Below, piece after piece: positions 38,967 through 48,800 of a stretch of DNA of 64,000 bases. The stretch is from a virus. The stretch covers positions 64,001-128,000 of IMG/VR virus record IMGVR_UViG_3300025141_000029; one strand, 5' to 3'. The position numbers were made by a program, and so were the translations under genes. Within the stretch, counting starts at the first letter, position 1. Each line of letters starts with the position of its first letter. A model generated the notes under the pieces. The model worked only from the letters and a program-made list of their open reading frames with translations. It was not told the DNA's origin and ran no database searches.

Positions 38967-40616
38967 TTAGCTATCCTGATTTTTATCTACTCTAAAATTA
39001 AAAACTCGATTAAATTCTTTATATCCCGGCTCATGATAATAGGCCAACTTTAAGCCGTACATATATCCTGGCTCCAATAAAGACATATCTAAATCAAAGT
39101 AGGATCCAGAAACATCATAAGATAAACGCGTATATGAGCCGGCCGTTCCAACAGCTTGAGGAGTTGTACTTCCGGTACCATATGGTATTATGTCAGAATC
39201 ATCAAAAATACGTATAATTTTGTAATACATATCATTAATAATAGTATTCTCAACTTTAGCAGTTGCCCTGGAATATATGGTTGGTTTCCAATCTTTAAGG
39301 CGTGTAACAACCCTAAGTCTAGTTTCTTCTGACGTATCATAAGAGGGCTTTAGGTTTAAGATGTTAGCAACATAACTACTGGGTACATTTTGATTCGAAG
39401 CTTTCAGCGTATTTGGATTTATTGATCCTGTGTTAATTTGGGCGCCGAGTTGATTGGTGCCATCCAAATACCATACATCAAATATTTTTGTTAACGGCGT
39501 AGCGTCGGCCGTTAAAGCAAATGACGCTGAATATATGCCCGTTGAAACATAGCCTCCGGTAACAACAGTTGGTACAGCTGTGTCGACAAAATCTGTTGTA
39601 GTTACTAAACGCATTGCCAGCCCAGAAGGTACTGTATTATTTGAAGATCCCGAAAATATTTGAACATATATTTTAGACGACGCATCTGTTAGACCTGGAA
39701 TATTTTGTAAACGTCCATTAATATAGTTATAAAGATAGATTGTATTTAAATTATTTGCGGCCGAGGCCAATGAACTACTATAAAAAAGATTTCCACGATC
39801 GTCTTGTTTTGTTGAATCCCAGCGCGCCTCGATTAGTGGCCTTTTGAAGAAAAATTCACTTGTTCGAGCAAAAAACTTTTTTGTGTAATATGAACGAGTG
39901 GCGCCAGAAACATTCTGAATTATAGAGCCATTGGCAAAGCCACCGACAGAACTTGAATAATATGCCTCTTGACTAGCCGAAAGATGTATTCCGAGTCCAT
40001 AATTTGGAAAACCTCCTGCGGCAACGGTACCCTTTATCCAGCGCTCAACCGTATCGGTTATATCTAATTCTAAATTTTCTGTTCCTTTTTCAAAACTTGC
40101 TGTTACTCTTAAATCTCCATAATCATTATTAGTTGATGCCGTTAAGTACGTACCGCCAACTGTTGCCCAGGCAGTTGAAGCGCTGCGCATCATCCAGTTC
40201 GAGCCCTCATTACCCTTTGTCAAATCTTGATAATTTTCCATATCTAATCCAAAGCCTTCTTGCCAGGATGAAGAAACTGGTACAACTGTCAAAGTCATGC
40301 TCTTAGGAACGGTTGAGGCATGCTTAGCATTATATAATTTCAAATAAAAACTAACATTTCCAGATATTGGAATTTCGCTATTTGTTCTATCTGTCGATAT
40401 ATCAGTAATTGGAAATTGTACTAATATTCTAGATAATTCTTGAGTTTGATTAAGTCCGTCGGCCGATGAAGAATTAAATGCTTGTCCATAAATTGAAAAT
40501 ATCTCTAAAACATCAGAGGCGCCCATATTTGATGCTGTGCCGCGTGTAGATAAATTTTGTTCAAACGCATTTGTTATTGTATTATCTTTGTCGGCTATAT
40601 ATCTTTTGATACCCAT
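38967..40616 (-). CDS. Virion structural protein (DNRLRE/disaggregatase-like beta domain)
   Basis: ADKDNTI, SRILVQF, LELDITDTVERW, NYGLGI and RPLIEARW pattern. Confidence 0.5.
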   Translation of the reverse strand: MGIKRYIADKDNTITNAFEQNLSTRGTASNMGASDVLEIFSIYGQAFNSSSADGLNQTQELSRILVQFPITDISTDRTNSEIPISGNVSFYLKLYNAKHASTVPKSMTLTVVPVSSSWQEGFGLDMENYQDLTKGNEGSNWMMRSASTAWATVGGTYLTASTNNDYGDLRVTASFEKGTENLELDITDTVERWIKGTVAAGGFPNYGLGIHLSASQEAYYSSSVGGFANGSIIQNVSGATRSYYTKKFFARTSEFFFKRPLIEARWDSTKQDDRGNLFYSSSLASAANNLNTIYLYNYINGRLQNIPGLTDASSKIYVQIFSGSSNNTVPSGLAMRLVTTTDFVDTAVPTVVTGGYVSTGIYSASFALTADATPLTKIFDVWYLDGTNQLGAQINTGSINPNTLKASNQNVPSSYVANILNLKPSYDTSEETRLRVVTRLKDWKPTIYSRATAKVENTIINDMYYKIIRIFDDSDIIPYGTGSTTPQAVGTAGSYTRLSYDVSGSYFDLDMSLLEPGYMYGLKLAYYHEPGYKEFNRVFNFRVDKNQDS

Positions 40617-42421
40617 TATCTTATAATACCTGTAAAATCTGTTCCAAACTTAAATTCATAAGCCATATTAAACGGCAAAGAAATATATCTTCTATCTGCC
40701 GAATAGCCGGATTCTATAAAGAACATCGTATCCGCATATAGGGCGCCCGTTTTTTGAGTAACCTCAATATTAACAGTATCTGCGACGCCTTCAACTGAAT
40801 TTAATAATTTATAAATTTGAGCTATATCTAAATGTTCGCCTAGATCCGGAGGACTATTAAAATTATTAATCAATGCTTGAAAGCATCTATTCAAAGTCGC
40901 TGCTTTATTTGTTCTCGACTCTGATAATATTTCAAAATCTATTCCAAAATTAACAATTTGTCCATCTAAAATATCAATCGTATCATTGATCATCCTATAT
41001 CTATTCAGCCAAGTCTTTAAATTATATTTTAAAGAAGGATTAGCAGTAGTTAAAAATCCAGATGAATTTTGACATAAAACAAATAAATTAAGATTTCTTT
41101 TAAATGAATCTTGATCTTTCACCAATGTACATCGAGCGATAGAGCCATAACTAGGGGGCATTGAATAAATTAAAGTTTTATAATCTTGTAATGTAACGGC
41201 GCGATTTTGAGAATGAAATGATCCATATGCTCTTTGCTTTATATCATCTGTAGATATATTAACTTGATCTCCTAAAATCGGACTTTCATTAATTACTTCT
41301 AAAGATCTTCTTACTGCCCTCATTTTAGTGCTGCTTAAATCGTTAGGATTGTCAAAAACAAATTTTCTTTTTTGAATAGTTGCTATTGTTCCGACCGGTG
41401 CGTTAATCGCATCGCCCGTAGATGTTCGATAAATAACAGTCAAAATCGTATTTGATGGGCCTACTCCTAACTTATCAGAACTAATCAAATTTCCTGGATC
41501 AAAACTTTTATCTGTAACATAGTCGCGGCCATGTAAATCTAAAATAGTCTTATTTGGTTCTGAAATACTATCTGAAGATAAATCAGAATCAGAGCCGTGT
41601 CCAAATATTATCATAGTTTGAGTTGCAGTTTTTTCTACCACATATCTGCGTGGTACTACAATTGGTTTAATTAAAGCTGGAGTGATCGCTCTTTGTTCTT
41701 TAGAGGGATTTACAAATTCTCTATAGACCACATCTTGAGTTAAATAATCTACTTGATAATATGAGTTCCCATTTTGATCAAAAACAGAAATAACTTCTGC
41801 GATGTTGGGCCCATCAGGTAATTCTAATTTTCGAAATTTTGTAAATTCTCCAATATCAAATTGTACTGATTTATGCACTCCTGAAATAACATATCCTTTT
41901 GCTTTCACGGCATATTCAAGAGGCACTCCATTTGTACTATTAACCCGACCAACAACAATTTCATTTCCAGCGTCGGCAAAATTCACATCCTGTGTTAACA
42001 TAAATGTATTGCCGCCGGATGAAGCTAATTCAGTACCTCGACGTAAAACAGGCATATATAAAGAATCGGGGGCGCCGCCAACAGTAGTAGCCGGCACCAA
42101 TACAAAGAAGCTCACCTCACCATATGAAGTACCAGAAGCATCAAATTTATATCCTAACTGGCGACTTAGTTTAACAATACTATTATATTCTATGGCGGTA
42201 TGTAAGAAACTTTCATTTGCTTGATAATCTAGATAAAAAGATAAAACGTCCCCAACATAAGAGACCATATCTAACATCAGGGCTCCAAATGAAGCTTCAC
42301 TAAAATCTTTAAATGTACTCGGGTAGTATCTTTTTGTATAATTTATTAATTCTTCCTTAATAGAAGAGAAATTACGAGCAGTATAATTAATAGCTAATTC
42401 TTTAATTTTTGTATTGGCCAT
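40616..42421 (-). CDS. Baseplate wedge protein (T4 gp6/baseplate J-like)
   Basis: YTARNFSSIK, YLDYQANESFL and QNRAVTLQDY motifs. Confidence 0.85.
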   Translation of the reverse strand: MANTKIKELAINYTARNFSSIKEELINYTKRYYPSTFKDFSEASFGALMLDMVSYVGDVLSFYLDYQANESFLHTAIEYNSIVKLSRQLGYKFDASGTSYGEVSFFVLVPATTVGGAPDSLYMPVLRRGTELASSGGNTFMLTQDVNFADAGNEIVVGRVNSTNGVPLEYAVKAKGYVISGVHKSVQFDIGEFTKFRKLELPDGPNIAEVISVFDQNGNSYYQVDYLTQDVVYREFVNPSKEQRAITPALIKPIVVPRRYVVEKTATQTMIIFGHGSDSDLSSDSISEPNKTILDLHGRDYVTDKSFDPGNLISSDKLGVGPSNTILTVIYRTSTGDAINAPVGTIATIQKRKFVFDNPNDLSSTKMRAVRRSLEVINESPILGDQVNISTDDIKQRAYGSFHSQNRAVTLQDYKTLIYSMPPSYGSIARCTLVKDQDSFKRNLNLFVLCQNSSGFLTTANPSLKYNLKTWLNRYRMINDTIDILDGQIVNFGIDFEILSESRTNKAATLNRCFQALINNFNSPPDLGEHLDIAQIYKLLNSVEGVADTVNIEVTQKTGALYADTMFFIESGYSADRRYISLPFNMAYEFKFGTDFTGIIR

Positions 42422-42440
42422 ATGATATCCTTAACAATAT

Positions 42441-42448
42441 TAATTAGT
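42441..42448 (-). promoter_or_regulatory. Candidate late promoter ACTAATTA
   Basis: Intergenic, upstream of the gp6-like RBS. Confidence 0.45.
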
Positions 42449-42455
42449 TTTATGT

Positions 42456-42839
42456 TTAATTTGTATTTGATATGGTGAGAAGTAAATTATCTGACTCACC
42501 TAAATTTCCTATAGAATAAGCTATAAAAATATTCACCCTGTGTGAGCTTGTAGCGCTTTGAGTTATTTCAATTGTTTTTAAATTAAGAAAAGACATATAT
42601 GTCTTTACTTGAGACATTATTCTACTTTTTACGCGACCTTCCAATCCATTGTCAAAATTTTCAAATAAATATCTTCTTAAGCCAACTCCAAAATTAATAT
42701 CCATGACGCGTTCACCAGGAATGGTAAACATTAAATTTCTAAAATTTTGTTTTATGGCTTCTTTCACAGTTTTGGTTAAACTATAGTGTCCATCTAAATC
42801 ATCAATAGTCAGCGGTATCTTAGGAGAAATTCCATACAT
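42456..42839 (-). CDS. Baseplate gp25-like (sheath initiator)
   Basis: IKQNFRNLMFTIPGERVMDINFGVGL. Confidence 0.88.
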   Translation of the reverse strand: MYGISPKIPLTIDDLDGHYSLTKTVKEAIKQNFRNLMFTIPGERVMDINFGVGLRRYLFENFDNGLEGRVKSRIMSQVKTYMSFLNLKTIEITQSATSSHRVNIFIAYSIGNLGESDNLLLTISNTN

Positions 42840-42898
42840 ATTTTTTCAATCCTCTTATCATATCATAATTATGGTGTATATATCTGTAAATATATATT

Positions 42899-45800
42899 TT
42901 ATTCATTTTCATTAGCCTCTTCTATGTCAGCAGCAGTTTGAGCATCAACCTCGTATGATCCCCCTGTTGAAGGATCACATGGATTTTCTGGACCTGTATT
43001 AACAGCGGTACCTCCAGTTCCCGGAACTGTAGTAGTACCGTCCGGCGTTGTGGTACCCGTCGACTCTTGTTGGTGCGCGCCTTCAACACCGGTCAAGAGA
43101 TTCATAGTCATATAGGCCATGCCAGCGATTGTAATTGGCGTGCTAAGATCACCAAAAAAGGGCATGCCGGGCGGAAATATTGGAGTTGGTCTAATTCCAG
43201 CGACGATCAATGGTAACTTATCATCGTTTAATTTATGTTCTTCTTGAATTTCAAATGCCTTTTTCATACATGGATCAACTTGAGGAAGGGCATGCCGAAA
43301 TATCCATTTAGGAATAAGTTCTTTAATAAATTCATACCAGAGTTCCCCATCTAATCCCATGGACAGTGATTGATCTAGGCGATCATTATAATTTTCATCG
43401 CCCGGGCCGCTCGACGGGTCAGCATACTCATCTCTAGGTATGGATGCAGCACCATGAGTTTTCGCAACAATTTTTTTACAACTTTTAAATAACTTATCAA
43501 AATTAAAACCTGCTCTATACGGAAAATACATTACATGTAATAACGCAAAATTTAAAAAATCTTTATTTGGCATAGCAAACCTATTCATTAGCAAGCTCAA
43601 AGGCATATTCATTGTTTCGTGAACAAGATTTTCCGAAGTTATGCCCAAGCGAACAAGATAGGGATCGGCATCAGCCAAATTCAACAAATCAATATGATCT
43701 TTGAGGAAATCATCGTCAAAATTAATCATGCTCAAGCCAGGTAATTCTCGCTCAGCATGTGCGTCTGGTATTGGAATTACATATATCGATTTTAAATATT
43801 TCGCATGAGATTCAATATCCTCAGCAACTTCAGTAGATAAGTGTCCTTCTCCTCCATGAGCCGTTGAAAAAGTACCGTGCGCAACGGGTAACATTTCTCT
43901 AATTTCATAAGCTCGATTAGTAAAAATTCTTTCTTTATTAGAAATATCCTTTTCCATCGAAGTTGTAATTAAATTATGAATGGATCCCTCAATATCCGAC
44001 GATCGTGATGTTGCTCTAAAATTTTTAGAACCTGGAGAAGTATAAGGATGGCCGTTGTCCATGGAGGGAAAAGAATCAGGATCATCGGTATTTTTTATAA
44101 AATCATTTACTGGGGCATGCGGAAGAACATAAACTAATCTAGTACCGTATTTGATAGAAGAAAATATATCGCTCAATGATACATCTGAGCGAGAGCCTCC
44201 TGAATTTTCAAATTGAGCGAACGACGAGCTTATGTCTCTTAATCCAAAATCAAAAGCTTTATAAGATATATATAAATCTCCTGTTTTGTTTGCATCGGAC
44301 AAATCATCAGCATTAATAGATTCTAAAAATTTATTTACCCAAGCTTGCTGTTGGCCACCGGTGCCGCCGGATATATTATCAATTTTTTCAATTGCTTCAG
44401 CTGAATTATTCATTCTTACTTTTATAAATCTTTGAAGAATTAATCCACCATTTTTTGTGGCCATACCGAGATCAGTTAATACTTCGACATCGTAGAGGTA
44501 CGGGTACTGAACACCTAATTTATGAAAGCAACTTTGTTCAATCGCATTGCTGGCTTGGTTTTCTGCAAAGAAATAAGGATCAAAATTAATATTCTTAGAA
44601 TCAAAGCCATGTTGGTTCGCCAGCTCTTCTTCTTGGGCTACATCAAGCCACATATTTCCTATATTCTGAAATGTAAAATTAAAGACTCCAGACGGTGGGT
44701 CCCCGCCTGGATCACCGAGCTGAAAGTCGTAGAAGCCTTCTACTTCTTTAACGTCGGTCAGGCCCGCTACACCTTTTTTGTCATGATTTCTGATGTCTTC
44801 CAAAGAAAATAATTTGGTCGGCAAATCATGAAGCCTGTTCGATGCTAAAGTTGTTAATTGGTTAGAATTCTCATCAAGAACCTTCTGACTTATAGAAGGT
44901 GCCATGGATATAATATTCTCATTTATTAAATATTTAAGTGAAATGTTCTTTAATTTACTTTCAAGCCTGGTATATACCTCTAAAGCTGAAAATGCATCAG
45001 CATCGCCATCGACATCAAATCCGACACCTTCTGCTATTTTTACCAAAGCAACTGGATTAATAGGAGAAGCAGTGAGGAGAATTAGATCTGCTAAATTAAA
45101 ACGCTTTTGTTTGAAATTTGTAAATCTTCTTTCATCTACATTATTTGAAAAATCATAATAAAATTCATTAGATAAAAATTCAACTGTTACCTTCTCATTA
45201 ATTCGTCTTTTCAAAAAATTATAAGATGTATCATAAGCGTCTGTCATAAAACCAGGTGCGAATATATCACTACCTTCATCCATTCTGTTTACTACCATGG
45301 AGAGAAACAAATCAGAATCTAGAATTGTTGACTCTGCTGAATGGCGGGAAAAAAACATGATTCCTCGAACTATAAATTCAGAAATACATAAACGCATATA
45401 AAGTAAAACCATCGCAAACTTTATGGCCTCATTTACCGGGTCGGCGACGGCTACGGGGCCTGTTTTATAAGCGTCGCAAGCAATCTTTTTATAATATTCA
45501 TCCACTAGAGCCTTGATATCATCCGGATTAAGCAAGCTTTTTCTCAAAGCACTAAAATCAAGTTCTGAATTATCACACAACATAGAATCTTGAGCCCATT
45601 GAGATTTGGGAGCAAAAAGTATTTTAGAAAAATTATTAACATCAAAAAGACTGGAATCACTTACATTATTAAAAACTCTTTGTTGTCTCTCAAGCAACAA
45701 GTATTGATGCATACTAGCAATATTACTTTCTAATTTGCCTCTAGTGCCGTGAACACCCACAAAATCAACCAAAGAATAAGATAATAATTTTGTAAAAGCA

Positions 45801-48800
45801 TATTGTGGAATAGTTATTGTACCATCTCCTATATATAAGCCATCCCCTTCCGCGGGTTGATTAATATTTCGAAAAGCCGGCGTCGTCAATGTTTTCATAA
45901 ACTGGTGGGCCTCATTGCTTTCTAGTGTGTCATTTACATCAAAATTTAATTCAGATACTTCTGAAATTCCTTGATCATTAATTGAGCCTTTAGTCCAGAC
46001 AGTAAACTTATTATAATCCAATGTAATAGGATTGGCATGCTGTTCTGCTTCTTTTTCTAATATAAAGCTATATTTAGGAAAATGCATTTCAACTAATGTA
46101 TTAGTTGTATTTTCCTGACCGGAAAAAATATTACTATTTTGTATCTTATCTAGCTCATTGTTGTGGTTTGTCATATCCACATATTCACCTAATAAAATAG
46201 GAAGTTGATTTTCTATTTTCCAAAGGGATTCATTGTATACAGTTACCTCCATCTCAGTCTGGGCAATTGCGTCGACGATATCGTTATAATAATATGTGTT
46301 AGCGGTCGGGGAGTTAGGATCGTATAGTTCGTGTTCTGGTGCAATAACTAGCTTCGGATTGGTCGACTCGATCCAGATCCCGCCAGTCTCGTCCGTGTCC
46401 ATCCCGGCGAGTTCGGGATGCTCGTGGAAGACATTTCTAATAAGATAAAGTGGCTCAAGCTCAGCATATTTTACTTGAACGCGCCAATGCGCAATAGAGT
46501 ACTCACCGTTCTTGCCGGAGAAGGCGTCGACGAATATATCGGAGAAGATCTGGGCGCCGACCCACTGATACTCTTCGGCTAGCTCATGTTTTTCAATGTC
46601 AACAACGTCACCTTCAAGCTGTTGCGGTGTTCCAAAAAGTTTTTCAATTTGATTTAATACACTAGCTGGATCATAATACAAAGAAGAAACATTTCTTCCT
46701 ATTTTATCCATTGCTATATTCGTTGTAGAATATAGAGTTTTAACAAATTTATCACCCTCTGAGCTTGGCTTCAGGCTAACAATACCTTTTTTTAAAGTTT
46801 CAGAAGTATTATCAGTAGTAACATTGCTGTATAATTCTGGTACCACTTCTTTTATTATTTTATCTTGTCTTGGAAAATTTTCTGGCTGTGGCACTCCATC
46901 GCTGTCGAAAAATACAGCACTTTCATTGCCGCGGCCGTCGTCACCTACGAGTTCGCCTTGTCCATTCCACATATCCTGATAATCTCTTCCCACTTCTGGA
47001 TATCGCGGGTATTCGCCACCATATGGAATAATATTATCTTTTATAAAAATTGTTTTAATTCCCATCATTTCCGTATCAAATTGTTGAGAAACAAGATTGA
47101 TAGCCAAATCAATACAATTTTCTAATGCCGCATTAATATACGGATCATTTATTAAAGCAGATATTGGACTGCCGGGGGCGCATGGATCAGTTGGTACGAG
47201 TGATTGAAAATAATCTGAAATTGTTGGATATGATAATATTAATTCTAATTTTTCAAGCTGGCCCTTTAAAGCCTCTTTTTCTTGAGCTAAAAGTGACTCA
47301 CATTGTTCTTCAGAAAAACCTTTTTGCTTTAAAACTTTACAATAAAAATCTTGTGAAATTGCTTTCTCACAAAGCATTGTAACTAAACTTAAGTCCTTAA
47401 GAGCGGTTTCACAAAAAGTATTATTAACATACTGTCCCAAAAGAGCAAAATATTTTGCTACATTATCAGTTGTTTGTATAAATAATCGTATAATACTAAA
47501 CTGTGTTTTAGCATTGATTATTTTAAGAACAATTTTCAATGTTTGATCCGTTGCCGCATATGATAAAAGAGAACAAATCTCAGTAGGCTTTAAAACTTGT
47601 GATAAATAATCTAACAAGAGCTTTAATTGTTCTATTACATCCCAGGTAATGGGTACATTGGGATTTAAATTTTCTACTATGCCACCTAAATCTTGTTCAA
47701 AATTACTAGTATCAGGAAATATATCAGATAAATCTATGGTACCAGGAAGATTGCTTCGTATACCGCTATCAGCGCTGTCTTCACCAAAAGCAAGTATCTC
47801 TTTATCTGTTAACAAAGTTATTGGACCCAGAACTTGTTGACTTTGTCCTGGAATGAATTCAGCAGTTTGATCCAAGGCACTTGCCAGATCAAGGCCCTCA
47901 CACTCAGCAAGTAATGTTTCTAATAGCGATTTAACGACCGATATCAAAAGTTCAGTTACAAGTTCTTTTAACATTTGTTCTATTGCTTCGTCGGTGGGGG
48001 CAAGAGGATCATCAGAATATTCTTGACCGACGAGGCCAAATGCTGGAGCGTCCATTATTTGAGATGTTACAGCATCTTGTAACTCTTCTCCTGAAGCTAC
48101 CCTATTGACAAGCTCTAAAACCATATCTAGCTCAGGTAGAATTGGCAATAAGACAATATAAATTGCTTGTAATTCTTCCGGCCATTGTTCCGGATCAGTA
48201 TTCTCTACCAGCCACTCTTTGATATCGTTGCTTACTTTTTCCAAAAGATTCGGAAAAAAGTCAATAATGCCATATTCATCATATTTTTTGAGGACCTCAA
48301 GAGAAATTGATTTCCAATTTTCGGGCGTTAAATTTGCCGCACACTGAAGGTCACCGGCGGCGCTCGCCATATGTGGTTCACGATAAAGAGTTTCATGTAT
48401 ACCCTCTAACATAGAGGTGGAAGTTTCAGACATCCCAGCGGGAGGAGTAACAGCAAAGGGTTCGCTGGTGCCAGTGGGCGTCTGATCATCAACTTCAACA
48501 CCATCAGGTGTTGGATTAATCATGAGATCTGAAGGCGGTGCTAAATTAGCACTCAATATAGATTTACTATCATTTTCTAATGCTACTTTTTCACACTCCT
48601 TTGCTATAGCCTCGCTAAATGCCTCATCAAGAGCATCAGCAACGTCTTGGCCAAGTTGTTCCACAATTGCGGCATGAGTATAGACGCCTGTTAAAAAGGT
48701 TACCAAATCTTCAGGAGCCATACTCTTAAGAAAGCCCATTACTGCTGCGCCAATAGCATCGATAGACGGTAATTCATTTGCTAAACATGCGGCGGCGCGC

